A stretch of DNA of 64,000 nt from the NCBI GenBank assembly GCA_963712515.1, contig CAVQIG010000018.1:17401-81400 (forward strand), in the 5' to 3' direction. Of this stretch, positions 1 through 9,255 are shown one piece after another; the stretch's first letter is position 1, and each line of letters starts with the position of its first letter. The position numbers were made by a program, and so were the translations under genes. Under the pieces are notes generated by a model, which searched no databases, was not told the DNA's origin, and worked only from the letters and a program-made list of their open reading frames with translations. The stretch is from an uncultured delta proteobacterium. Lineage in GTDB: Bacteria > Desulfobacterota > Binatia > JACPRU01.

Positions 1-93
1 CACGGAGTGGACAAAACAGGCCAGCAGGGCTGACAGGAGCACGGCACGGGCGGTTCTGGTCGTGGCTTTCCGCCTGGAAGCTTCCGATCCCAC
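1..93 (-). CDS. Possible 5' end of a secreted protein running off the window
   Basis: GTG at 93 after a GGGGAGG RBS-like motif; reads MGSEASRRKATTRTARAVLLSALLACFVHSV (signal-peptide-like). Confidence 0.35.
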   Translation of the reverse strand, partial: MGSEASRRKATTRTARAVLLSALLACFVHSV

Positions 94-164
94 GAGCCGC
101 GATCTTGCCTCCCCGTTCCTTTGAGGTTGGTGAACGGGGGACGCGGCAAGCCAGGGTGACCTCT

Positions 165-1625
165 TCACCCGCCGTTTACATTCACGCGGGTGAAATACGT
201 TTGCTCCTCCAGATGCGGGTGATAGGTGATCGTGCAGCCTTTGCCCAGACGCACCTCGGCTTCCGCCAAGGCCGCGTCGATCGTAGGGAACGGCTCAAAG
301 CCCATCTGGCGCGCGACTCCCTCATTCTCCTTGGGCACTCCGGCAGCAAGCACGGCGCTCAGATGGTTGAGCGCGTAGAGTCCCTGACCGTAAAGAATGC
401 AGGGGTGGGCGCCGTGGAAGGCAAAGCCGGTGCGATATTTATGCACGAACTCCGGTCGGTGGGCGTATTCTTCCGAGTAAGTGTCCCAGACTTCCACTGG
501 GTCTTTCGTCGCCGGCAGGACCTCGTTGTAGAGCGCATAGTACGAGGGATGGTTGAGCAGACTGAACTTCGGCTCGAACGGGTTGGCAACGATGAAAATC
601 CCGCCCTTCCGCACCAAAGGATTCTCGTGGTAGGCATTGAAGAGCGCAGAGAGGGCTTTGTTGCGGCAATGGATGGGATTGAATACCGAAAGGCGTGAAT
701 AGCCGTCGCCGTCGCTCATACCCACCAGCAACACGTCCGTTTGTCCCTCTACGTCCGTCACCAGCTCGGAAATCAGCGTATCGAGATGCATCTCGCGCAC
801 CGGCGTGATGAGGCCAGCATCGATTGCGGCGAACCGTTGCGGTTTACTGGTGGTGAGCACACCTTCGATTTTCATGATCGGCGGATGCCCGCGACGTTCC
901 AGCTCAGCATCGACCAGCGCGCCCATTTCGTTCAGAAGCTTGTGAAACGAACTGTTCTTGGGGTCCTGCACCGAGTGCCCGGAGGCAAAAGGCCAAGGGC
1001 GGTGGTGGTAACGGATCGACTCCCAGTTGCTCATGCCGACGAGAATCGATTTCCAGCCGCCCTGGAAAAACCCCTGCGGCGTGGACATGAAGATGAAGAG
1101 GTCGGACTCGACTACCGAGCGGTGGACCATGACTTCCATCCCGCGCTTGGTCATACCCAAGGGCACGAACTGGCTCGTGTCTGTCGCATCGATGCATGAC
1201 AGCCGACCACCCAAGGTGTAGGGCAGCCTCGGACCGAGAATGTGGACCATCTCCTTTCGGGTCCACATGCGATGCAACGCATTGGCGACCTTGATCTGAA
1301 TGTCTTCCGGTCGCACGCCGTACTGTTCCAGAAGACCCAACAGGATCGGCAGGCCAAGGATGCGCAGGTCCTGGTCCTCTGGATGATAGTGAGTCGCCCG
1401 ACCGTCCTGAATACCGATCGTAACTTTGGAGCCTTTCTGCACCAGCTTGTCCAGCGGCCGCATGCCGACTGGATTGGCCAGCGCGCGGCGAAAGGCCGCT
1501 GCGGCATCAGGCAGGGGTGGCGCCGACGGAGGCGGAGCGGGCGGGATGCGAGTGCGATCGACCGGCAGATGGGCGGAGCTCTTGGTCGTGCCGCAACTCA
1601 CCATGAATTCCTTCGTCTGTGCCAT
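165..1625 (-). CDS. Lactate racemase (LarA/DUF2088) domain protein
   Basis: ALANPVGMRPL...VTIGIQD, NALHR and GGWKS motifs of the LarA N-terminal family; start set at MAQTKEF with a GGGGG RBS. Confidence 0.75.
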   Translation of the reverse strand: MAQTKEFMVSCGTTKSSAHLPVDRTRIPPAPPPSAPPLPDAAAAFRRALANPVGMRPLDKLVQKGSKVTIGIQDGRATHYHPEDQDLRILGLPILLGLLEQYGVRPEDIQIKVANALHRMWTRKEMVHILGPRLPYTLGGRLSCIDATDTSQFVPLGMTKRGMEVMVHRSVVESDLFIFMSTPQGFFQGGWKSILVGMSNWESIRYHHRPWPFASGHSVQDPKNSSFHKLLNEMGALVDAELERRGHPPIMKIEGVLTTSKPQRFAAIDAGLITPVREMHLDTLISELVTDVEGQTDVLLVGMSDGDGYSRLSVFNPIHCRNKALSALFNAYHENPLVRKGGIFIVANPFEPKFSLLNHPSYYALYNEVLPATKDPVEVWDTYSEEYAHRPEFVHKYRTGFAFHGAHPCILYGQGLYALNHLSAVLAAGVPKENEGVARQMGFEPFPTIDAALAEAEVRLGKGCTITYHPHLEEQTYFTRVNVNGG

Positions 1626-1828
1626 GTCACATCCCCCTGTCCGACGAGTCGTGCCCCAGCGGGTTCGCGAGCGCACGCATCTACCAATGAACCGAACGAT
1701 CCTCGATGACAAGTTGCGGGCGGATGCTGCGAGCGACGATTGAGCCTCGTCCAATCCCGGCAAATCGTGATAGGGCGTTACGCTGGAAACGAGTCCGCTG
1801 GATCGCGCAAAGCTAACGGAGAGCGAAC

Positions 1829-3322
1829 ATGAGCGAAGCGATTGCCGTCAATCTCAAGTACCCTGATCGATTCTTCGTCGGGGGCGAATGGGTCAAGCCC
1901 TCGAGCGAACGGATGCTCGACGTCGTGTCGCCGAGCACCGAGCAGACGATCCTGCGCGTGGCCGAAGCGCGCGAGGCAGACGTCGATCACGCGGTCGCGG
2001 CTGCGAGGAAGGCGTTCGACGAAGGTCCGTGGCCGACGTGGACCCACGCGGAGCGCGCCGAGCGGCTGCGCGCGATGGGCAAGCATCTACGCGAGCGCGC
2101 GGGCGAGATCTCGCATGCGTGGACCGGCCAGGTCGGCGTCGTGCTCTCGATGACCAAGGGCGCAGGAAATCGTTGCGCCGACATCTTCGACCTCTACGCG
2201 AACCTCGCCGCGACGTATCCCTGGGAGGAGCATCGCAAGCCCTCGTACGGCAAAGGCATCGCGCTGCTGGTGCGCGAGCCGGTCGGCGTCGTCGCCGCGA
2301 TCACGCCGTGGAACGCTCCCCTCGAGGTGATGACGATCAAGCTCGCGCCCGCGCTGCTCGCGGGCTGCACGGTGATCATGAAGCCGTCGCCCGAGACCCC
2401 GATCGAAGCGTACATCCTGGCCGAAGCCGCGGAGGCGGCGGGCCTTCCTCCCGGGGTGCTGAATCTGCTGACCGCCGACCGCGAGGTCTCGGACTACCTG
2501 GTGCAGCGCCCCGGAGTGGACAAGGTGAGCTTCACCGGCAGCACGGCCGCGGGCCGGCGCATCGCTTCCGTCTGCGGTTCGCGCATCGCCCGCGTGACGC
2601 TCGAGCTAGGCGGCAAATCGGCGGCGATCGTCCTCGACGACTTCAGCGTCGCCGACGCGGTCACGAGCTTGTCGCGCAGCGGCTGCATGATGAGCGGGCA
2701 GGTGTGCGCGGCGCTCACGCGGGTGGTCGTGCCGCGCGCGCGTCACGACGAGTTCGTCGACGGCTTCAAGGATGCGTTCGGCAAGGTGCGGGTCGGAGAT
2801 CCCTTCGATCCCAACACGCAGATGGGGCCGCTCGCGATGAAGCGCCAGCTCGCGCGGGTCGAGGGGTACATCGCCAAGGGCAAGGCGGAGGGGGCGACGC
2901 TCGCGACTGGCGGCCACAAGCCGAAGGGCCTCGATCGCGGCTACTACATCGAGCCCACGCTTTTCGCGAAGGTCGATAGCTCGATGACGATCGCCCAGGA
3001 GGAAATCTTCGGCCCGGTCCTCAGCCTGATTCCCTACGACACGGTCGACGACGCGATCCGCATCGCCAACGACACGATCTACGGCCTGAACGGCGCGGTC
3101 TATACGAACGACAACGATCGCGCGTACGCCGTCGCCCGACGGGTGCGCACGGGCAACTTCGCGCAGAGCGGATTCAAGCTCGACTTCACGATCGCGTTCG
3201 GCGGCTTCAAGCAATCCGGCATCGGCAGGGAAGGCGGCACCGAAGGTCTGCTGCCGTACCTGGAAACGAAGACCGTCTTCTTGAACGGCGAGCCAGCCCG
3301 CCGCAATCGTCCCGGGAATTGA
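1829..3322 (+). CDS. Aldehyde dehydrogenase
   Basis: PWN, FTGST, LELGGK, GQVC (catalytic Cys), EEIFGP, FGGFKQSG motifs. Confidence 0.97.
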   Translation: MSEAIAVNLKYPDRFFVGGEWVKPSSERMLDVVSPSTEQTILRVAEAREADVDHAVAAARKAFDEGPWPTWTHAERAERLRAMGKHLRERAGEISHAWTGQVGVVLSMTKGAGNRCADIFDLYANLAATYPWEEHRKPSYGKGIALLVREPVGVVAAITPWNAPLEVMTIKLAPALLAGCTVIMKPSPETPIEAYILAEAAEAAGLPPGVLNLLTADREVSDYLVQRPGVDKVSFTGSTAAGRRIASVCGSRIARVTLELGGKSAAIVLDDFSVADAVTSLSRSGCMMSGQVCAALTRVVVPRARHDEFVDGFKDAFGKVRVGDPFDPNTQMGPLAMKRQLARVEGYIAKGKAEGATLATGGHKPKGLDRGYYIEPTLFAKVDSSMTIAQEEIFGPVLSLIPYDTVDDAIRIANDTIYGLNGAVYTNDNDRAYAVARRVRTGNFAQSGFKLDFTIAFGGFKQSGIGREGGTEGLLPYLETKTVFLNGEPARRNRPGN

Positions 3323-3353
3323 ACGAGGCAGCGCGCCGCCGACCGAGCGAGTG

Positions 3354-4097
3354 TCAGAATTCCTGCGCCGTCGGACGCAGCAGGATCTCGTTCACGTCGA
3401 CCTCGGACGGTTCGGCAATCACGTAGGCAATCGCCCGCGCGATCACCTCCGCAGGAATCGCCATCGCGTAGAGCGCTCGTGTTCGCTCCTGAAGGTCAGG
3501 CTCGGTCACGCTGTCGGCTAGCTCCGTCGCCACCGCGCCCGGAGAGATGATCGTCGTGCGGATCCCGTAGGGTTTGACCTCCATGCGGAGGCCTTCGGAG
3601 ATGACCCGCACTGCGTGCTTGGTCGCCGCGTAGACCGCGTTCCCGGGTCTCACCTTGTGGCCAGCGACCGAGGACACGTTGATGATGTGGCCGCTTCGTT
3701 GCTCTTTCATGAGCGGCAGCGCCGCTGCGATTCCGTAGAGCAAGCCCTTCACGTTGACGTCGATCATGCGGTCCCAGTCGTCGACCTTCAGCCGCTCGAA
3801 GGGCGACAGAGGCATGATCCCCGCATTGTTGACGAGCACGTCGACTCGGCCGAAGGTCTCCCGCGCGCCGCGCACGAGAGCCTCGACGTCGGCGCGGCGG
3901 ACCACGTCAGTCACTGCGGTATGCGCCTTGCCGCCCGCCTTGCGGATCTCTCCGGCGAGACGATCGAGACGATCCTTGCGCCGCGCTCCGAGCGAGACCA
4001 GGGCACCGTTGGCGGCCAGATGCTTCGCGGCTGCTTCACCGATGCCGCTGCTCGCGCCCGTGATGACCACGACCTTACCTACGATCGAATCGTTCAT
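3354..4097 (-). CDS. SDR-family oxidoreductase (YdfG-like)
   Basis: [17 protein letters not shown] motifs. Confidence 0.95.
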   Translation of the reverse strand: MNDSIVGKVVVITGASSGIGEAAAKHLAANGALVSLGARRKDRLDRLAGEIRKAGGKAHTAVTDVVRRADVEALVRGARETFGRVDVLVNNAGIMPLSPFERLKVDDWDRMIDVNVKGLLYGIAAALPLMKEQRSGHIINVSSVAGHKVRPGNAVYAATKHAVRVISEGLRMEVKPYGIRTTIISPGAVATELADSVTEPDLQERTRALYAMAIPAEVIARAIAYVIAEPSEVDVNEILLRPTAQEF

Positions 4098-4302
4098 GAT
4101 CCCTTCCTATAGCCTCGAAGCGTCGGCGAGGCGACCCTCTGCCTCGCGATCTCGATCTCGGCGCGGACGCCGTAGCGAGCTTCGCGGCATCCTCGCTGGC
4201 CGCACCGATCCGCCGGCACGCGATTCAAATCCAGGGAAGATTTCTACTGTGCGCGCTGATCGGGCGCGCCTTAAAAGCGCCGGCTGCGCATTTTTCGATT
4301 TC

Positions 4303-4318
4303 CGGCACGAACCTTGCC
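4303..4318 (+). promoter_or_regulatory. Putative sigma-54 (-24/-12) promoter upstream of the dlt operon
   Basis: cGGCACG-aacc-TTGCc with exact GG-N10-GC spacing. Confidence 0.6.
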
Positions 4319-4639
4319 TTTCGCGGGGGGATCGACCGGATGATGACCATTCTGTGTTGCCGCGTCGCGGGTCGAGCGCAGCCGAGCTCCTGGCAGCTGC
4401 ATGCGTCAACGGGTACGTGAGAAGGACCGTTATTCGTGTCGAGTGAAGCCTGAGCCTAGCGGGACATCCGTCCATCGCGGGTTCTTACCGGTGAAGCGTC
4501 ATAGCGAACACGAATGCTCACGGGCCTGACAACGCAGGAGATTGTCGTCGTACTTGGGAGAGCGCTGCTTGTCATCGTCGCAGGGATGTATTCGCTCTTG
4601 CGCCACCTCACCTCGTTGCAGCCCTATTCGTGATCGCGG

Positions 4640-5944
4640 GTGTCACGCCGGCTCTCTCACGAGGAGGTCCACCAACGCTCGACTATCCCCGCCTTCGTGG
4701 CCCGTGGATTGGCCGGGGCGCCTTCTTCCCCTACCGGCGAAAAGGTGACGCGGTTCGCCGAAGCGACGTTTCCGGCTCGCTTGTCGGGGGCAGCGGCCAG
4801 CCATCCTCACCTGACGGCGGGACTTCTCGCGATCGGGATCTTCGCGGCGGCCCTCGTCGGCGGGGTGGTCTATGCCCGCCAACTGGAGAGTCGCTATGTG
4901 CGGAGCCTTGCCGAGTTGAAGCTGCGGAAAGCGTACCGCTCGGCGGCGCTTTCCGTAGCTGCCCTCCGTCACCCAGACCTCCTCCTCTTCTACGGCAGCT
5001 CGGAGCTCGAGGCCCCGAATCCGCTCCGCGCGACCGATTTGTTTCGCACGTACCCGACCGGGTTCCAAGTCTTCCCGGTCGGCCGCGGCGGCAGCACCCC
5101 GTTGATCATGTTGCAGGACCTCGCGGCCGTCGGCTCGACGATCCGCGGCAAACGGGTCGCGGTGTCGCTCTCGCCGACGTGGTTCTACGGGATCTCGATG
5201 GCTCAGCTCAAAAATATCTATGCAGGCAATTTCTCCCCGCTCGAGGTGTACGCTCTGACCTTCAGCACGGACTTCAGCCGGGGTCTTCGACGGGCCGCGG
5301 CCCGTAGCATGCTCCGCTACAGCCGTACGCTCCGAGATCCCTTTCTCAAGCTCTCGCTGCAGGCGCTCGCCAGCCGCAGACCGTCGAGCCGTGCGCTCTA
5401 CGCCCTCGTCTGGCCGCTGGGTAAGCTCGAGGAGCTCGTTCTCGGGCTGCAAGATCATTGGAAGTCTGTGCGCCTGGTCCGGGGGTATTCCGACCTGCCG
5501 AGCCGGACACTTCACGAGCCGCTGAAGCTCGATTGGACGGAGATCTTGAGCGAGGCTCAAGAAGAAAACGCCTACCGACCTCCAATCAAGGACAGGCCGT
5601 ACGGCAAGGAGATGGAGTCGAATCTGAGACTATCCGTGCAGTGGGCGGACCTCGAGCTCTTACTCGAGGGTCTGAAGCAGCTCGGCGCGCGCCCGTTGTT
5701 ACTCAGCATGCCGATCGCCGGCTCCTTCTACGATAGGCAGGGAATTTCCCGCGAAACGCGCCACGAGCTCTACTACGAGCGGTTGAGGGAGCTCGCGAAG
5801 CGTCACGGCGTCCCGCTCATCGACTTCGAGAACGAGGACGAGGACGCCGAGTTCCTGAGCGGCGTCGGATCGCACCTCTCGTCCAAGGGATGGGTCTACT
5901 ATGATCAGACGCTCGATCGCTTCTATCACGGCGCTCTGGACTGA
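4640..5944 (+). CDS. dltD: D-alanyl transfer protein DltD (start uncertain, possibly 4745)
   Basis: N-terminal TM helix, YGSSEL, SLSPTWF, C-terminal HLSSKGW; operon context. Confidence 0.88.
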   Translation: MSRRLSHEEVHQRSTIPAFVARGLAGAPSSPTGEKVTRFAEATFPARLSGAAASHPHLTAGLLAIGIFAAALVGGVVYARQLESRYVRSLAELKLRKAYRSAALSVAALRHPDLLLFYGSSELEAPNPLRATDLFRTYPTGFQVFPVGRGGSTPLIMLQDLAAVGSTIRGKRVAVSLSPTWFYGISMAQLKNIYAGNFSPLEVYALTFSTDFSRGLRRAAARSMLRYSRTLRDPFLKLSLQALASRRPSSRALYALVWPLGKLEELVLGLQDHWKSVRLVRGYSDLPSRTLHEPLKLDWTEILSEAQEENAYRPPIKDRPYGKEMESNLRLSVQWADLELLLEGLKQLGARPLLLSMPIAGSFYDRQGISRETRHELYYERLRELAKRHGVPLIDFENEDEDAEFLSGVGSHLSSKGWVYYDQTLDRFYHGALD

Positions 5945-6074
5945 GCCGGGAAGGGCGCCGGCACTCCGGATCGTCCTCCTCACGGCCTTTTACCTCGCCG
6001 TTTTCGCTGGCCTCGTCGTCCTCTATGGCCGCGGCCACTTTCGTGCGCCCCGCTTCGTCTACCAGGATTTCTGA
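5901..6074 (+). CDS. dltX: DltX small membrane protein, 57 aa (not in ORF track)
   Basis: MIRRSIASITALWTEPGRAPALRIVLLTAFYLAVFAGLVVLYGRGHFRAPRFVYQDF*; one TM helix and C-terminal FVYQDF matching the DltX FxYxxF tail; AAGGGA upstream; directly before dltA. Confidence 0.85.
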   Translation: MIRRSIASITALWTEPGRAPALRIVLLTAFYLAVFAGLVVLYGRGHFRAPRFVYQDF

Positions 6075-6083
6075 AAGAGGCCG

Positions 6084-7547
6084 ATGCACGTACTCGATCG
6101 CGTCGACTCGGCCTGCCACCGCGTTCCGGATCGCGTCGCTCACAGGAGCGAAGGCCGGACCCTTACCTACGCGGAGCTCCGGCGCTCCTCGGACGCGCTT
6201 GCCGCGAGCATCGAGCGGCTACTCCCGGGCGATCGCTCGCCGATCGTCGTCGTCGGCCACAAAGAGCCCGAGATGCTCATTGGCTTCCTCGGCGTCGCCA
6301 AGGCCGGGCATGCCTACGTGCCGCTCGACAGCAGCCTCCCCCGCGCGCGGCTCGAGCAGACGGTCGCGGCCGCGGACGCAAGGCTCGTCCTCACGCCGAA
6401 GCGCGTCCGCGAGCTCGCCGAAGGCGACGTGCCCCCGCCGCCCCGGCGCCTCAGCGGCAACGATCCTTTCTACGTGATCTTCACCTCGGGGAGCACCGGC
6501 GACCCGAAAGGTGTGGTGATCACCGCCGGATGCCTCGAGAGCTTCGTCGACTGGCTGATCGACGAGCATCGCTTCGGCGAGGACCGCGAGGTCTTTCTCA
6601 ACCAGGCGCCCTTCTCGTTCGACCTTTCGGTCATGGATCTGTACCCGTGCCTATCGACGGGCGGGACGCTCGTGAGCGTCACGGCCGACGAGATCGCGAA
6701 CCCAAAGCGTCTCTACCGGACACTCGCTGGTTCCGGCGTAACTGTTTGGGTATCGACACCCTCCTTCGCGCGCATGTGCCTCGCGGAGCGGAGCTTTGGC
6801 GAAGCAATGCTGCCGGCGCTCCGACGCTTCCTGTTCTGCGGTGAGACGCTACCGCCGGAGGTGGCTGCCGCTCTCCTCGACCGCTTTCCGCGAGCCGAGG
6901 TCTGGAACACTTACGGCCCGACGGAGGCCACTGTCGCAACGACGTCCGTGCGCATCGACCGTGCCCTTCTTGCGCGTGAATCGCCGCTCCCGGTCGGCCG
7001 TACGAAGCCGGGCACGCAGATCGTCGTCGTCGGAGAGGACGGCGCACCCGTACCGGCGGGCGCGCGTGGCGAGATCGTCATCGCCGGACCGAACGTCGGC
7101 GTCGGATACGTCGGGCGGCCGGAGCTGACCGCGCAGGCGTTCTTCGAGCTCGACGGGGTACGTGCGTACCGGACCGGCGATCTGGGTCGGTTCGAGGGGA
7201 GCCTTCTCTTCTTCGAGGGCCGAGCCGACGATCAGGTGAAGCTCCACGGTTACCGCATCGAGCTCGGGGACGTGGAGGCGAACCTGCGGGCGCTCGCCCG
7301 CGTGCGGGACGCCGTCGTGGTGCCCGTCCTGAAGGACGGCGTCGCTGATTCGCTTGCCGCTTTCGTCGTGCTCGACGGCGCCGCGGCCGCCGAGACGCCC
7401 GCCGAGGTCACGCGGTCGCTTCGTGCCGAGCTCCGCGAACGGCTCCCGGGTTACATGCTGCCGCGGCGCCTGGAGTTCCTCGATTCGTTGCCGACGAACC
7501 TCAACGGCAAGGTCGATCGCCGCCGCCTCGCGGAGATGCTCCGGTGA
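6084..7547 (+). CDS. dltA: D-alanine--D-alanyl carrier protein ligase
   Basis: FTSGSTGDPKG, NQAPFSFDLSVMDLY, FLFCGE, NTYGPTE, NGKVDR. Confidence 0.95.
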   Translation: MHVLDRVDSACHRVPDRVAHRSEGRTLTYAELRRSSDALAASIERLLPGDRSPIVVVGHKEPEMLIGFLGVAKAGHAYVPLDSSLPRARLEQTVAAADARLVLTPKRVRELAEGDVPPPPRRLSGNDPFYVIFTSGSTGDPKGVVITAGCLESFVDWLIDEHRFGEDREVFLNQAPFSFDLSVMDLYPCLSTGGTLVSVTADEIANPKRLYRTLAGSGVTVWVSTPSFARMCLAERSFGEAMLPALRRFLFCGETLPPEVAAALLDRFPRAEVWNTYGPTEATVATTSVRIDRALLARESPLPVGRTKPGTQIVVVGEDGAPVPAGARGEIVIAGPNVGVGYVGRPELTAQAFFELDGVRAYRTGDLGRFEGSLLFFEGRADDQVKLHGYRIELGDVEANLRALARVRDAVVVPVLKDGVADSLAAFVVLDGAAAAETPAEVTRSLRAELRERLPGYMLPRRLEFLDSLPTNLNGKVDRRRLAEMLR

Positions 7548-8728
7548 CGCCGTACGCGGGCTTCACGTACTTCGGCGTCGCGCTCTATCCGAGCGTGCCG
7601 GCCGTCGCGCAGGGATTGTTTGGCGCGCGAGGGCGACGCACGGTGCTCGTCGTCGCGGTCGTTGGCATGACGATCGTACAGTACTGGCAGGCCACCCGCT
7701 TGGTGGTCGGTGGCGCCCATTCATCGGTGCGCGAGCTCTGGCTCGTTGCGGGCTTTGCGGCCCTGCAGTGGACGGTTGCCCGCGGCATGCTGGCCGGCCG
7801 GACCGTAGGTAGGCCGTGGCCGCTCGTCGTCTCGATCGGCTTGTCGCTCGCGCCCCTTGCCGCGGCGAAGCTGGCGCCGGTCTTCTCTTCTGGCTCGCGG
7901 GTCGAGTTCCTCGGCCTCTCCTACGTGACGTTCCGGAGCCTCGACGTGGTCTTCTGCATCAACGATGGCGCCGTCCACAGGCTTCCGGCCGTAGAGTATC
8001 TCGCCTACCTATTCTTCTTTCCGACCGTTTCGGCGGGACCCATCGACCGCTTCCGGCGCTTCGAGCGCGACTGGAAGGTCGAGCGCGATCGCGCCGCCTT
8101 CCTCGCGGACTTGGACGGAGCCGTGCAGCGGATCGTCCGCGGCTTCTTCTACAAGTTCCTGATGGCGGGGATGGTGCAGCGGCATTGGATGAACGCCGCA
8201 GCGGCCGGCACGGGGTTCGCGGCCACGCTCTCTTACATGTATGCCTACAGTCTCTACCTCTTCTTCGACTTCGCCGGCTACAGCGCTTTCGCGATCGGGT
8301 TCAGCTATCTCTTCGGCGTCCACACGCCCGAAAACTTCGATCGGCCTTTCCTAGCGAGGAACATCCGTGACTTCTGGAACCGCTGGCACGTTACGCTGTC
8401 CGGCTGGTTTCGTGACCACGTCTACACGCGCTTCGTGCTCGCGGCGGCGAAGGGACACTGGTTCTCGGACATCCGCACGGCATCGTATCTCGGGCTCTTC
8501 CTAGCCATGGGCCTCATGGGCCTCTGGCACGGAACGACTTGGTACTACGTCGCCTACGGACTTTACCACGGCGCGTTGCTCGTGGGTCACGACGTCTTCG
8601 TGCGCTGGAACAAGGAGAGGCGTCTTTGGGGCGACGGTCCCGTCTGGCAAGCGGCGGGCTCCTTCGTCACGTTCCATGCGGTCGCGTTCGGGTTCTTGAT
8701 GTTCTCGGGTCGCCTAGCTCGCTCATAG
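7544..8728 (+). CDS. dltB: MBOAT D-alanyl transfer protein
   Basis: GPIDRFRRF, LFFDFAGYS, DFWNRWH, GLWHG (catalytic His); coupled to dltA by a GTGA overlap. Confidence 0.95.
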   Translation: MTPYAGFTYFGVALYPSVPAVAQGLFGARGRRTVLVVAVVGMTIVQYWQATRLVVGGAHSSVRELWLVAGFAALQWTVARGMLAGRTVGRPWPLVVSIGLSLAPLAAAKLAPVFSSGSRVEFLGLSYVTFRSLDVVFCINDGAVHRLPAVEYLAYLFFFPTVSAGPIDRFRRFERDWKVERDRAAFLADLDGAVQRIVRGFFYKFLMAGMVQRHWMNAAAAGTGFAATLSYMYAYSLYLFFDFAGYSAFAIGFSYLFGVHTPENFDRPFLARNIRDFWNRWHVTLSGWFRDHVYTRFVLAAAKGHWFSDIRTASYLGLFLAMGLMGLWHGTTWYYVAYGLYHGALLVGHDVFVRWNKERRLWGDGPVWQAAGSFVTFHAVAFGFLMFSGRLARS

Positions 8729-8736
8729 GAGGCATC

Positions 8737-8997
8737 ATGTCTAGTGCAGAGCGGATCCTCGCGATCCTCTCCCGCGTAGCGCAGACGGAAGAGGTGAAGG
8801 ATCACCCGGATCTTCCGCTCTACGAACTCGCGATTCTCGATTCCCTGAGGACCGTTGAGCTGATGGCCGCATTTTCGGCGGAGCTCGGCGTCGAGGTTTC
8901 GCCCGCGGAGCTCGATCGCGAGGACTGGGAGACGCCCGCCAAGATCGTCCGCTACATCGAGAATCGGCTTGGCTCGCGAACCGCCGTGCATCATTAG
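8737..8997 (+). CDS. dltC: D-alanyl carrier protein
   Basis: GGAGG RBS; LDSL phosphopantetheine site; DREDWETPAKI typical of DltC. Confidence 0.93.
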   Translation: MSSAERILAILSRVAQTEEVKDHPDLPLYELAILDSLRTVELMAAFSAELGVEVSPAELDREDWETPAKIVRYIENRLGSRTAVHH

Positions 8998-9255
8998 ACG
9001 GGCAATCACTTCTTCTTCCACTCTCGGCTCTCGCCATCGGCGGCGGCTCTGCGAGCCTGCCGGTAATGGCGATCCGCTGCTTCCTCGGTCTTGACGAGGC
9101 GGACGAGTTCGCGGTTCCTGTGGGGCGGGTGGATGCGCATGGTCACCGCGGACGATATCGTCGACGCCACCGTGCTCTTGCAGAGACGCGGAAGGTGAGC
9201 AGTCCCTCGTGGTCGGGCAAACGACGCCGGATGCTCGCGGCGGCAAGTCGCCTCA

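Noticed and set aside
6084-8997. Adenylation domain plus carrier protein read as an NRPS cluster
   Set aside because: DltA-specific motifs with DltB/C/D/X and no condensation domain identify it as dlt
9000-9255. Short ORFs between dltC and the GT-C gene (9066-9266 +; 9006-9140 -)
   Set aside because: No recognisable family or convincing RBS; may be a gene remnant but cannot be supported
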